From Mesotaenium endlicherianum (lineage: Eukaryota), in the NCBI GenBank assembly GCA_009602735.1, contig WELA01002119.1:318143-381733 (forward strand): 63,591 bases of DNA, given 5' to 3'. The notes under the pieces were generated by a model. The model was not told the DNA's origin, ran no database searches, and saw nothing but the letters and a program-made list of their open reading frames with translations. Both the position numbers and the translations under genes were made by a program. Positions within the stretch are counted from its first letter, which is position 1, and each line of letters starts with the position of its first letter. This document shows positions 46,957 to 59,700 of this stretch, in pieces.

Positions 46957-49900
46957 TCAATTTTTCCTCTTTCTTGTTCTTGCAGGCTGCCTCCAAGGGG
47001 TCTTCTGCTGCTTCTTGATGGTGGCAGGCTGCCTCCCTGAAGTCTTTGGGCTTCTAGTAGAGAGACTTGGGGCTGGTCCAAGATGGGGGCTGGCGGCATG
47101 GAAGCGCTTCAACTTTCTCTGAACTTTGTCAAGGTAGTGCGCCGCCACCCAACTATTCTCCGAATCTGGATATCCTTTCCACTTGATCAAGTATTGCTAC
47201 TGTCTCCTGAAATGTCTCATAGCCACTATGTCTTTCACTTTGTACTCCAAATGATTATCTACTATTGTTGGGGCTGGTGGGGTTGTCACACGTCCTGGGA
47301 ACTTGTTGTCGGGTTGCACATATGGCTTGAAGAGGGAAGCGTGGAATACGGGGTCGATGTGCATAGTCTGGGGAAGTTCTAGCTGGAAAGCAACGGGGTT
47401 GACTTGCTGGATAATCTTGAAGGGTCCCAAATACTTGGGAGAGAACTTGCTGCCGGCAGGCCTGTTGTTCAGGGAAATATTCTTGGATGATAGTAACACG
47501 TTGTCACCCGCTCTGTACGTATTTTCTCTTCTAGACCTGTTTGCCACTCTTGCTTGAGCATCTTGTGCGTGTTGTAGAGCTTTCTTGGCTGCTGCAAGGG
47601 CTGCTTCTAATGTCTCCAAAAAATCTGTGGCTGCAAGTACTTCATCATGGCCAGCCGTGAAGCTCAGCGGCGTGGTTGGATGGAAGCCATAGTTGAGGAA
47701 GAATGGGGACTCTTGGGTAGAGGCCTGCGTAGTGTTGTTGTAGGCAAACTCGAGGGGGGTCAAGTACATGTCCCAGTCTTGCTCGAGGGTAGACACGTAG
47801 GCCTTTAGAGAGGTCTTTAGGGTACGATTCATACGCTCGGTTTGCCCATCTGATTGTGGGTGGTAGGCAGTAGACATATCCAGCGATGTGCCCAAGTTCT
47901 TGAAGAGATTTTTCCAGAAATGGCTTGTGAATCTTGGATCTCTATCTGACACAATTCTTGATGGTAGTCCATGGAGTCGGAAGATGTTGTCAAAGATGAG
48001 TCTTGCAAGNAAGTGTTGCAAGTTGTGGTGCTGTAGCCTTAGTCGTCGTGGGAATAAAATGAGCCATCTCTGTAAGTCTGTCCACCACCGTGAGTATTGC
48101 ATTATGGCCTCGAGATGTCACGGGCAAGTCCACGATAAGGTCCATTGAGATGTCCGTCCATTGTCTTTCGGGGATTGGTAGTGGTTGGAGGAGTCCTCCC
48201 GCCTTTTGCGACGATGGCTTGATTCTTTGGCATGTGTCTCAGCTCCTGCCGTACTCCTTGACTTGCTTAGACATGCCTGGCCAACAATAAGTCCTAGCTA
48301 GAACGCCCGTGGTCCTTAGGATTCCAAAGTGTCCTCCAAGAGGGTTGTCGTGTGCTTCTCCTAGAAGCAAGAGCCGGAGGTCTATGTCATTAGGAACACA
48401 TCTTTGGCCCGTATCTTGCCTCACCCAATAAATGCCTTTTTGCTTCTTGTATGGGTCCAAGGCTGCTTCTCCGTTCTTGTAGTAAGGGTCTCTTTCATAG
48501 GCGGCTGAAAATCGAGNNNNNNNNNNNNNNNNNNNNNNNNNNNNNNNNNNNNNNNNNNNNNNNNNNNNNNNNNNNNNNNNNNNNNNNNNNNNNNNNNNNN
48601 NNNNNNNNNNNNNNNNNNNNNNNNNNNNNNNNNNNNNNNNNNNNNNNNNNNNNNNNNNNNNNNNTGCTCCATCTTGCTTNNNNNNNNNNNNNNNNNNNNN
48701 TGGAGGTGCTTGAACGCTTCGTGGTCCGTGGTGACCTGTACCTTGCGTCCTTCAACGTAGCAGCGCCAAACCTTCAAGGCATGTACAATCGCCAATGCCT
48801 CTCGCTCCGTGGTTGTATAATTTTGCTCGGCTGGATTTAGCTTCCTTGACTCGTAGGCGATGGGCTGCAGTCCCTTGCCTTGGTCTTGAAGCAGGATTGC
48901 TCCTATTGCATAGGAAGATGCATCGGTGATGACGTGGAAGGGCCAATCTGGGTTTGGACTTGGGAGAGTGAGCACCGGGGATGTGGTCAATCTTCGCTTT
49001 AACTCTTGAAATGCCTCTTCCTCTTTCTCGGTCCATGTATATAGCCTGTCCTTCTTGAGTAGATCTGTCAGGGGGGCTGCTATGTGCGAGAAGCCTTGGA
49101 TGAATTTTCTGTACCAATTGGCAAATCCCAAGAATGACTGGAGTTCTTTCTTGGTCGTGGGGGTTGGCCATTCCTCCACCACCGTGGTCTTCTTGGGGTC
49201 TATCTTGATGCCATCAGCAGTCACGTGGAGACCTAGGAACTCCACTTCTTGTTTGGCAAACTCGCATTTTGACTCCTTCGCAAACAGCTTGTTTTGCTTC
49301 AATACTTCAAGGACTTCTTTCAAGTGTCTCGCATGCTCTTCAAGGGTCTTGCTGTAGATAAGGATGTCATCGATGAATACCACCACAAATCTGTCCAACA
49401 TGGGCTGAAATATGGTGTTCATCATAGTCATGAAAGTTGCTGGCGCGTTGGTGAGTCCAAATGGCAGGACCATGAACTCAAAATGTCCATATCTTGTCCT
49501 GAATGCCGTCTTCTCTATGTCCGGTTCTGCGATGCGAATCTGGTGGTAGCCGCTCCGTAAGTCAATCTTCGTGAAGTACTTGGCTCCAACCAGCCGGTCC
49601 ATGAGCTCATCCATGCGCGGCAGCGGGTATCGATTCTTGATGGTGATCTTGTTGAGGGCGCGATAGTCCACACACATCCTCAAGGTACCATCTTTCTTCT
49701 TGACAAATAGCACCGGGGCTCCAAATGGCGACTTGCTAGGTCGAATGAAGCCATGCTCCAGTAGCTCCTTGATTTGCTTCTTGACTTCGTCTAGCTCCGT
49801 GTATGACATTTTGAACGTAGGCCGAGAGATGGGCTTGCTTCCGGGCTCCAACTCTATCTTGTGGTCTACGAATCTTTTGGGGGGTAGGCCCTTGGGCAAT

Positions 49901-50601
49901 TCCGGGGAGAACACTTCTTTGTAGTCCTCAAAGACTTCTTGTATCTCCTTGGGAACGGGGCTGCCTTCTTGACTCTCGATGTCTTTCTTGATGTCTTTTG
50001 GCGTGATCAAGGCCAAAAGAAGCTCGTGTCCCTTCCTCACAAGTCTCTTGAGTTGGAGGGCGGACAATAGTATCTCGTGTGCCGGCTTCTGGATGTCTTG
50101 GGTCTGGATATTCTGGATTGCGCGCAAAATACAGATTCTTGAAGTGATGTCATTCTTGATCTTGATAGTACCGGTCCTCCAATCAACTTGGGGGTTGTGC
50201 TTGGTCAACCAAGGCGTCCCTAGGATGACGTCGTACTTGCCCAATTGCATGGGGGAGAACACTACTCTATCCTTGAAGGACTTGATAGAGAGTGCCAAGG
50301 GGTACGTCTTCTTGGAAGGGGTAGTATAGGAGAATCCATCGGGCATCATAATCTCCTCGTCGTGGTCAAGAGTTCGCATAGTAATACCGTGCTTGGTGGC
50401 AAAATCTGCAGCAATGAAGTTGCCTTGAGCTCCGCTATCCACCAAGATGTGGACCTTCTCTCCTCCAAGGTAACCTCTCAAACTCATTGGGGCTGGAACG
50501 TCGTCTTCAACGGGGGTCTCCACCTCACTTGGCGTGTTGCCTTCTCGTGAAGTGGGTCTTGGGGTGGTAGGCTCCTGGCCTACCGGCGCTGTCCGTTTTT
50601 T
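46957..50601 (-). pseudogene. pol: Pol of element D (PR, RT, RH, IN, chromodomain), with assembly gap and disruptions
   Basis: [61 protein letters not shown]-run at ~48517-48700; stops in the integrase. Confidence 0.92.
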
Positions 50602-51860
50602 GACAACTTTTTGGGGCATGAAAGTGCACGATGGCCCTTTTCCTTGCAATAGAAGCATAGTCCAGCCGTCATGAGAGCTTCTTTTTCAGCCGGGGAGAGT
50701 CTTGCTTTCACTCCTTGCTGGTTTCTTGCATCATAAGTGTCATTGGAGGGTCTTCCACTCTTCCGGGCAGCCGCGGGGTCCCTTTTAATAACTCCGATTT
50801 CCATGGGTGTGGGTCCAGATTCGGATGTGGAAGGGGCTGCGTACACCCGCGTCGTCGGTACCCGTGAAGATGAAGGCACGGAGTGCTTGAAATCCAAGGT
50901 ATCCACCTTTTGGGCCACTTCAATGATCTTTGAGAAGTCCGTCAAGTCGCGTAACTCCACTTCCTTTGCCACCTTGGGTTTGAGGCCAAAGATGTAACGG
51001 TCAATCTTCTCCTCGAGAGACATGTTGGGGATCTCAAGAGTGAGGGCGTGAAATCTGGATGTATACTCTTGAACGGACGTCGTTTGCTTGAGATGGTGGA
51101 GCTTTCCTCGGGCAATCTTCTCCGCATTGATGGGCATGAATTGCTTCTTGAGGGCCTCACGAAAATCTGCCCATCTTGCATATGATGGTGGGGGCTCTTG
51201 GCCGAGCATGGGGTGCGCCATAGCTTGATATATAGCCGCTTGATAGTTACGCCACCATGATGTTGCTGCTCCTCTAAGTAAGGTAACGGCAAAGGGAACG
51301 TAGTCCTCCTCGGGTACTTCAAGGAACGCGAGGTACGTCTCCACTTGGTAGAGCCATAAATTCAGGTTGGCACCTTTCCCGGGGTTGAAAGTGTCGGGTT
51401 TGCCGGGCTTGATGAGTTTCCTTGCTCTCGTTGGCTCTTGTGGAGGCGCTTGAGCCGGGGCTGGATTTTGAGCATTGCTCGCAATAGGGGCAACCATGGC
51501 AGCCATAGCTTCTCTTGACGCTTGCACGGTTGCTTCATAGGTGGCCAAGCCCACTTGGTTGTGGACGGTCATTAGGAAGGCTGCCCACTCATTTGCGGGA
51601 ACTCCTTGTGGTGGGGTCAACTTTGCTATAGCGGCTGCCACGGGATTTGACGGTGCTCCTCCTTGTGGTGCTTCTTGTTGTTGCAGATTTCCTTGAGTAG
51701 GCTCTCCCATCGACGCTGGAGGAGGGTGTGCTCCTCCTTGTGGTGCTTCTTGTTGTTGCAGATTTTCTTGAGTGGGCTCTCCCATCGGCGCTGGAGGAGG
51801 GTGTCTTGGAGAGGAAGGGCTTCCTTCGAAAGCTTGCTGTTGGTCTTGAGGATCGGCCAT
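50580..51860 (-). CDS. gag: Gag of element D
   Basis: 426 aa. [48 protein letters not shown]; 25-aa N-terminal tandem duplication. Confidence 0.95.
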   Translation of the reverse strand: MADPQDQQQAFEGSPSSPRHPPPAPMGEPTQENLQQQEAPQGGAHPPPASMGEPTQGNLQQQEAPQGGAPSNPVAAAIAKLTPPQGVPANEWAAFLMTVHNQVGLATYEATVQASREAMAAMVAPIASNAQNPAPAQAPPQEPTRARKLIKPGKPDTFNPGKGANLNLWLYQVETYLAFLEVPEEDYVPFAVTLLRGAATSWWRNYQAAIYQAMAHPMLGQEPPPSYARWADFREALKKQFMPINAEKIARGKLHHLKQTTSVQEYTSRFHALTLEIPNMSLEEKIDRYIFGLKPKVAKEVELRDLTDFSKIIEVAQKVDTLDFKHSVPSSSRVPTTRVYAAPSTSESGPTPMEIGVIKRDPAAARKSGRPSNDTYDARNQQGVKARLSPAEKEALMTAGLCFYCKEKGHRALSCPKKLSKNGQRR

Positions 51861-52902
51861 CTTCTTGTGCTACCAAAGTGCCTAGCTCCGATACCACTGT
51901 AGTGAAACAGATAGATAAAGTACTTAGTGAAATAGAATACTTTATTCAAGACAAAGATCTTTGAACACAAGTGGTAGCTTCTTGAAATAGAGATGGCTTC
52001 TTGAAAGTTAATATGTTTATGGATGTTGGCAAGGACAAGAGTGATTCTGGAATGTCTTTCTATGTTCTAGCTTTTGTTTATATACTTGCTACATAAGTAA
52101 TTTGTAAGAAAGTGTATGTTGATGTGTTGGCACCCAACACATCCCAAAACTTGCCACCTCTTTCTAGAATAATGTACACATGTCCTTTTGACCTAAAAAT
52201 GGCACATTTGACTTTTGCCACATGGAGTTCTTCTAGGTCTTTCCTCTAACTTCGAAAATGCCTTGGAAGGTTCAAAGGACATGAACCAAGTTACTAGAGT
52301 ACCTATTCACACTTGACTCCACACAATACTACTCCAAATATATTTGAAAACATTAAAATATATGCAAACTAATATATAATAACTCAAATCACTACAGTGC
52401 AAGTTCAGGAACCCAGGGATGGGTTAACCCTGGCAAGGCTTGTCACCGACACACGTGCAAAGGTCGATCGACCATGTCTGCCACACACGAGGAGGGCCAC
52501 CGACACATCAACTAGGCCAAAGGCACACGTGCTGGAAGGCTACGCACGTGCCGAGGGACCGACACTGTTAGGCACGACAGCAATCCACTCTTTAGTTGCG
52601 TGGAAGTTTGCACTTGAAGCGATGCTTACATACCAGTTTGTAATAAACTGCAATATAATAAAAGTTACAATGCACTCAATATAACTAATATGTGCAAGTG
52701 AGTATTAAGGTGTCCAAAATGTAGCCCGCGTTGTAAGTGTGAAGTTTGGAGAAAAAAAATTGCCAATTAATGTACCAATGGGTGCCTACAGGACCCATAG
52801 GCCATAATTAGAAACAAATAATAATGACATAACTGCTCAATGTTAGCACCACCTACCACTTCACTTATAGAACGGTGAAAGTGTATTAGACAAGACAAAC
52901 AT

Positions 52903-55900
52903 TTATTCTTTTCTAGGAGCTGACTTGTCTTGTACGCTTGCAAACATCTGTGCCAGAGCGCGTATACTACTACTGATAGCATTGCCTATTTCCTTGGCAC
53001 ACAATAATTGGGTGGCCATTGCCTCCTTTGCAATCTCTTTTTGATATGCACTTGCAGCATTCATTAGAGTTGTGTCTTGGCACATGTCTTTCATGCCATC
53101 AATCTGCATCTTTGTGATAGTCATAAACTCACTATCCCGTGTTTTAGCAGGCACCTCCTTATGCAAACGTGGGCGCTTCTTTGCGCTTCCACGTTCCTGC
53201 ACCACAAGCGCATGTACGTTATTGGAAGGAATGTATTGCCACAAATCATACGACATTTCATGAGCACATATTGAGTAAATTATTCTTTGTACTTACTCAC
53301 CGTGGTAAATGATGCACTTTCACCACCATCTACAATCTCTTCATTGTTGGGCTTAGGCACTTGGTTCTCCGGAGCATACTCGTCAAACTCCTCCTGTCAC
53401 AAGCTCCCACACGAAAATATGAGCATGCAACTTACATCATGAACCCATGACAATGGTTAGTTATTGAGCAACCACCACCAGCAGTCATGCATCCCGAGGC
53501 AAGGGCAGAGTCTTGCTTACCACTATGAGAGTCCACATGGGAAATCGTTGCATTTCTTTGCCATTGTCAACGGCATCCGCGGGATTGTCGAGGGCACCAT
53601 TATGCACAAATCTCAGGTCAGAGTGCAACTCAGTTTTCCACATTCCATATGGACTTTCGAGCGTGCTCACGAACCTATATGCACCAACTTCATTGTCCCC
53701 GTCCACATGCCCTTCTACAATACTCCCGCGAGTTCCCGTAGCGAACTGACCACAAATGCTATCACACACACCTTGTAAGAGCATTCTCTGCCCGCCAGCC
53801 AAACAGGACACAAAAATATCTTAGAACCAAGGAAAAGAAGGTTATAGTAACCTTGACATAACAAGAGCAGACATACATGTTTAAAAAGAGAAAAAGAATA
53901 GCACATGAAACACACCTCCTTCGTGGCTGAGCTGAGTGGGGCAAGTTGAAAGTCTTCGTTGAACGTCACGAACCAGAGGGTGATTTTTTATAGTAGTGAC
54001 TTCGAGGCATGTTGGATCACAGATGGCAATCAGAGACGCCACGCCAGGATTAACACCTTGCATCTGCGGTGTGCTTAACGCACCGTGGGGTATATCCCCA
54101 GCCTGCACACATTCACATACACATAAATATTACGTGCTATATAATACTACTTAGCACGCCTCAGCACGCAGAATCCGACAGCCCACAATCTTGGCCTAAA
54201 CCTCACGCGCGTGCAGCAAGCAAGCAAAAAGCTCTGCCACACCAAGCAATCGGCTGGCAGCATGCTCGCAACAAGACTGCAACAGCGACCTTGCTATGCG
54301 CGTGGCACTAGACCTGCAGCAGAGGAGCCTGCTCTGCCACGCGCGTCCAGCAGGCTTGCAACAGGCTAGCAGCTTGCAAGAGCCTGCCCGTCCCCCCCAC
54401 AAAAGAATGCGTGGAGTGGGCGGAGGGCACTAGACCTGCAGCAGAGGAGCCTGCTCTGCCACGCGCGTCCAGCAGGCTTGCAACAGGCTAGCAGCTTGCA
54501 AGAGCCTGCCCGTCCCCCCCACAAAAGAATGCGTGGAGTGGGCGGAGGGCACTAGACCTGCAGCAGAGGAGCCTGCTCTGCCACGCGCGTCCAGCAGGCT
54601 TGCAACAGGCTAGCAGCTTGCAAGAGCCTGCCCGTCCCCCCCACAAAAGAATGCGTGGAGTGGGCGGAGAAGCAGCCTGCAACAGCAGGCCCGCCCGCCT
54701 CACACAAACACACAAGGGGTGGGCTGCTGCTTCCGCCCGCCCCACACAAGCACAAACACAGAAGGGGCAGGCAGGAGCAGCTGCTTGCAGCAGCAGGCCC
54801 GCCCGCCCCACACGAGCACACAAGGGGCGGGCTGCTGCTTCTGCCCGCCCCACACAAAACACATACACACAAGGGGCGGGCTGCTGATCCCGTCCGCCCC
54901 ACACAAGCACAAACACACGAGGGGCGAGCAGGAGCAGCTGCTTGTAGCAGCAGGCCCGCCCGCCCCACACGAGCACACAAGGGGCGGGCTGCTGCTTCAG
55001 CCCGCCCCGCACAAACACATACGCACAAGGGGCGGGCTATTGATCCCGCCTGCCCCACACTGGCACAAACACATGAGGGGCGGGCAAGAGCAGCTACCTG
55101 CAGCAGCAGGCCCGCCCGCCCCACACAAGCACACAAGGGGCGGGCTGCTGCTTTCGCTCGCCCCACACAAACACAAACACACGAGGGGCGGGTTGCTTGT
55201 GTGGGGTGGGCGGGATCAGCAGCCCGCCCCCTTGTGTGTATTTGTTTGTGTGGGGCGAGCAGAAGCAGCAAGCCGCCCCATACAAACATATACGCAAGAG
55301 CAGCAGCGTGCAGCCCGCCCGTCCCTCTGCCCCCTGACCCTCTACCCCCTTTGCTCCTCCAGCGCAGGTCAGCGCCTGGATGTCGACGCCAGCGCGCAGG
55401 CCCACCTTCTCCGCCCACCTGCACCTATGCTGCTCTCTGCCCCTCTGACCCCTCTCTGCCCCCTCTGCCTGCTCTCTGCCTCTCTGCCCGTTTGCCCTCT
55501 TTGCCCCCTTTGCAGACAATGAGCAGGAGCAGCAACCTGTTGCAACAGCCCGTCCGCTTCACACAAGAACGCAGCCTGCAGCCTGCCCGCCGGCACCGAC
55601 ATAAGAAAGCAAGGGGTGGGCAGGAGCAGGAGCATGCCCGCTCGCCACAAGGAGGTAAACATTCATAGCGGTTGAAATGGTTGACGTCGAAGTGACCCAT
55701 CACTTCGAATCTCTGATTGTGTGCCGTTGTCAACATCATGTTCCTCACCTGGCAAAACAAAATTACTCGGGAATCCTAACATTTCACGTGCCACATCTTG
55801 GGCGCTAGCAGGTGTCATGCAGTGACCTCCTGTGGTAGACGGCTTGTCACCAATTGCTGCGTCCATTGCACTAAAGACGAGAGGGCAATATTTGGCGCTT

Positions 55901-56481
55901 AAATTAGTAAGTGACCATGTTGCTTTGGCCACTTTTCGCTCTTTTGGGGACATCTCAAAGTAAGACCTTGGGGCTCCGATCTTTGAATTGAGATCGATAA
56001 TGGCCTTATAACCCGTCTTCAAATTCTGCCACTTGACTTTGCATTGTTCTGGGGTCGTATGGTAACCCATGGCGGCCAGCAAAACTGCTATTGCTGCCCA
56101 TCTCTCCCCTGCAGTTTTGTGCGCAGTCTTTCCCTTAGTCATAAAACCACCCACCCCCCCAAGTGTACGTCCTTTTCCCATTGCTAGAGCTTTGTGATCA
56201 GCCTTTGCCTTCTTCAACTCACTCTTTTCTCGCACTCTCACACCCTCGTTCGTACATATTTGTATGAGAAATATTACGGCTTCATGGGGCCACAGATCGG
56301 TGACCGATGGTGTAACCATTGCACGAGGTTGTTGAATTTCAATTTGCCCAGGTGCCACTACTTCTCCATTACTAGCGTCGACAATATGTTGTCTCTCACC
56401 ACCTGCACACTCTACTACGTCAACACTACGCGTGCTGTCACCTAAGCCTAAGCCGAGAGGGTCAAACGACAAAGAAGCCAT
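52903..56481 (-). CDS. Harbinger Myb/SANT-like (trihelix) DNA-binding protein, multi-exon
   Basis: First exon has WPHEAVIFLI..RWAAIAVLL..GYHTTPEQCKVKWQNLKTGYK. Further AG/GT-bounded coding pieces near 53920-54102, 53520-53775, 53301-53393 and 52903-53195 (helical C-terminus). Exact splicing not resolved. Confidence 0.8.
54304..54669. repeat. Three near-perfect tandem copies of a 122-bp unit
   Basis: GGCACTAGACCTGCAGCAGAGG... recurs at 54304, 54426 and 54548. Confidence 0.9.
54670..55320 (-). repeat. Second GC-rich hairpin array, inverted relative to 15590-16730
   Basis: CACACAAGGGGCGGGC..GCCCGCCCCACACAA units, the reverse complement of the left array. The flanking GGGGCAGAG-rich blocks are also shared. 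Confidence 0.9.
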
Positions 56482-56482
56482 T

Positions 56483-56740
56483 TAGTGGAGAAATCGGGTG
56501 CTCTAGAGCTGGAGAAAGGGTGCATAGCCTACTTCCTTTGCTGCTGCTCCAATGTTTCGTGCATGTGTTCTCCGTTTAGGGCCAAGGCCACGAAAACACA
56601 AAGTTTGCTTCATAGTGGAGAAATCGGGTGCTCTAGAGCTGGAGGAAGGGTGCATAGCCTACCTTCTTTGCTGCTGCTCCAATGTTTCGTGCATGTGTTC
56701 TCCGTTCAGGGCCAAGGCCACGAAAACAATAAGTTTGCTT
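56483..56740. repeat. 130-bp tandem duplication immediately upstream of the Myb gene start
   Basis: TAGTGGAGAAATCGGGTGCTCTAGAGCTGGAG... at 56483 and 56613. Confidence 0.9.
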
Positions 56741-59700
56741 GAAAGCACAAATTTTGTGCGTTGAAAATGGTGAAGGAGTATCGTGACTTTGATTTCAACT
56801 GGAGACCAAATAGTACCAAATAGTACCAAATGGTACAAAGGGTCGGGTTCGCTTCTTCACGCGAGGCACCTCATGTCAGACGTTTTTGTATTCACACGTA
56901 TGAAAACAAGTTTGTCTTCAGTGACATCTGGAGAAGTCGAGTCTACGAAAACCTGAATTGACCTCGTGAGCTGAATTCGAAAATGTTCAATTCAATCGAG
57001 TTTTGTGCAATCCAATTCGGAAACGAGCACAATCGCGATTGCGGACGAGAGTGTCCAAAACCACTGTAAAGCACCTTTTGAAGCCACTTTTTGAGATTGT
57101 AAAAGTTGGTGTACGACCCGGTACATAAACGTACAATTGAATTGAATTGAGTCGTCTCGATTTGCCCACTGTAAACTGGCCCTAATTTCCTATGTTTGGA
57201 GGGTCGGCGGCTGTAAGTACCTCCCGATTTTGCCCGACATTCCACGCTTCAAGGCCCTCGATTTCCATTTCTGCATTAATTGTATGTGCTTGTTACATGG
57301 TTAAATAATATTTCCGCTTCAGGGCTCGTGACTGCCCGTGACCCTTGCATCCTAAGCTGTCTTAAGCCATCGTATGTGCGCGAATAGTACACGCGGTCGT
57401 CAGCTGTTCGTCGCTACATCTGGCTACATCGCCAACTAGTCATATTTTGTCAGAAACTGGCCTGCTCCTTTCTGATGCCTCGCAGCAGAATGTACTTTGC
57501 CTATAATAATTGGATGCGGAGCAAGCTGGTGAAAAGCTGCAGAATTTGCGAAATATCTTGAAATCGAGGTGTGTGACTTTGTTATTTGACAGAAAATGTT
57601 TCCAGAGACTCCTCCGGGCACCTCCGGGGGCATTATTTCGCAAGGAGGATTCAATCATTCAAGCGGACCGCATTTGTAGGGCCAAAACCTATGGGTAGAT
57701 CGAATCATCCAGTAGCTGGCTTTGTGTTTACAGTAGGCTTTCTAATATAAAACAGCGGATCTGTCCTGACGAGTCCAGATTGGTCCTTTACCGCCGCAGA
57801 GGGGGTTTTATAAACTATTGAAAATGAGCCTTCAAACTGCTTCAAACGGGTCCAAGCAGTATTTTCGAAATCTTGTTCACATTGTATATATATTTATGTA
57901 TGGAGCTCAAAAGAGTACGCGTGGACCAACAATAAGCCTCGATCACTGGATGTACCCTGTAGACTACATGCACTCTGATTATAATATAAAACGGATGAAC
58001 AGAAAGTAATCCACTTGTTGTTTTATGCGATTAGAGGGCCCGGTAGTGACCGAAAAACGAGAAAGTACGTCTGACAGGAATGAACGAGGCTGGCACAATA
58101 TCTCAGAAGTCGGCTGTTTGGTTCAGATTGGAATGCAGTTGGGGCCAAGAATTGACCGTGAATGGATAGAGAGATTTGAACTTTTGAGAAAGCGATGCGA
58201 TGCGATGCGAGGGAAAAGCAAGGGAAATCCATAACTTGCCCTAAAAATTGGCTGTCCTCTCTGTTCCCTCCTCCCACTACTAACATACTTGCTTCTGATT
58301 AATGTAAGTGGTGAAATTTCTGTCTCTGTTTATGCGCCATGGCATCCGTTTGCGCGGCATCATGTAGCCCTTTGGCATTGGATGTCTTTTCGGTGCTTGG
58401 AGCAAGCAAGTCGTCAGCAGGATTTCGAAGGACAAATAGGACATTGGGCGCAGGCTATATTGTAATTCGAGGTACAGCTTCCACACCTTCAAATGACCGG
58501 CATTCAAATGATCCGTCTAACTTCCCATTCTACCTCTGGCATCACCAGTCTCCGCCATTCGTTATTATGGGCCCCTCATTTGGAACGTTCAGTTGCTGTA
58601 TAGTACGAGCAAACAGTCTTGAGTAGTTCTACTCGTGATTTACCTCCGGTAGATGTCAAATCTTTTGCCCGTTTTTACTATGGGCTGCCATTAATAACAA
58701 TGTGAATGTTGGCCCCTGTATCCAGGTCCTACTTTTCAGCCACTTAGTTGCGTTCCATTTAAGATCCGCAGGAGAAGGAGATTGTGTATCAGTGCTGAAG
58801 CATCGAGTGTCAGTACAAGGTATTGGGCCCTCAAGCATCCCTGACATTTGTCTTCAATGGGCTTTTTATCTGCTTTGAGGTTGACATTGCGAGGAAGAAG
58901 CGGCTTCATACTTGGCTAGATGAGTGTCGAGCTTGACCCTTTTAAATGCATCCAGTGAATCTTGAAAGAGAGCACGATGTCCTTCCTCCTAGGGCTATCA
59001 AATCCATGTCTGTCCCCAGCAAGGGTTTTGCCCTCCTGCAAAGTGGTCTTCAGCTCCTCAAAGCCACACATTCTTAACACCAACAGTTCCTGTGTCAACA
59101 TAAGTGCCTGCAGATCTCATCTCCCCCTTTCTGATTAGCAGCCTGGCTGCCTTGCTGCAGAGACAACAAGTCACAGAAAAGCAACCAGGGCACAGAATGG
59201 CCAGCATCACAGGGCCGGCCTTCTGGCCCCTTCCGCAACAACCCCCAGTTCGGCTTTCAGGTGCCCTTTTTTGGTCATTTTGTACCTGTCCAAGCAGCCT
59301 TATCACCCATCTTTTTGAGGCTAAAATCATCATTGTTTCCTTTCCCTCGTCTACCCCCCCTCTCCCCTCTTTCTCTTATGTGGTAGTTGCGGTAAATCTT
59401 GTGGTGAAGTGGTGCAAGATTAGTGCATTGTCTGAGTTGAATTGAGTCACGTGCTCAACTTTCGCAGTGTTCGTCATGACTTCCGCGTGATCTCCTGTGT
59501 CCTCGATCTCCTACTACCTTGTGTGTTTCTTCTGGTGACTTTAGTATACTTCAGGACTTGACCACCAACTAGGTCACCTCTCCCTCCGGAGTCAGGGTCC
59601 GGGATGCTCAGTGCCTTTATGGGAATCTCACATCAAAAATAAGCATTTGTGTCAATTGCCATCGATCTTCACCTGGTCAGGGTGAAGCCTTTCAGTCACC

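Larger units (their letters stand above)
45702..52396 (-). mobile_element. Element D: second chromovirus-type Ty3/Gypsy family, minus strand
   Basis: LTRs 45702-46190 and 51898-52396 (TGTAGTG..CACTACA); TSD GTGCA (45697-45701, 52397-52401); PBS 51885-51896; G-rich PPT at ~46191-46200. Confidence 0.96.
18165..52630 (+). mobile_element. Decayed Gypsy-type retrotransposon encoding a C5 DNA methyltransferase and a PHD finger; interrupted by B, C and D; left boundary uncertain
   Basis: Domain order gag-PR-DNMT-linker-RT-RH-IN-PHD. RT is split by element B with TSD GCTGT. PPT GAAAGGGAGGGG precedes TGTAAG at 37230. No matching 5' LTR or TSD was found. Confidence 0.8.
37230..52630 (+). repeat. Putative 3' LTR of the DNMT-bearing element (~354 bp in three pieces: 37230-37312, 45660-45701, 52402-52630)
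   Basis: Starts TGTAAG directly after a PPT and ends CTTACA. The pieces rejoin once C and D are removed at their TSDs. Confidence 0.55.
14121..57182 (+). mobile_element. PIF/Harbinger DNA transposon (~8.6 kb of its own sequence) expanded by nested retrotransposons
   Basis: TIRs GGGCCTCTTTACAGTGGGCGAA (14121) and TTTGCCCACTGTAAACTGGCCC (ends 57182), with TAA on both flanks. Subterminal CAATT/AATTG repeats at both ends. Contains a DDE_4-type transposase and a Myb/trihelix gene. Confidence 0.88.
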
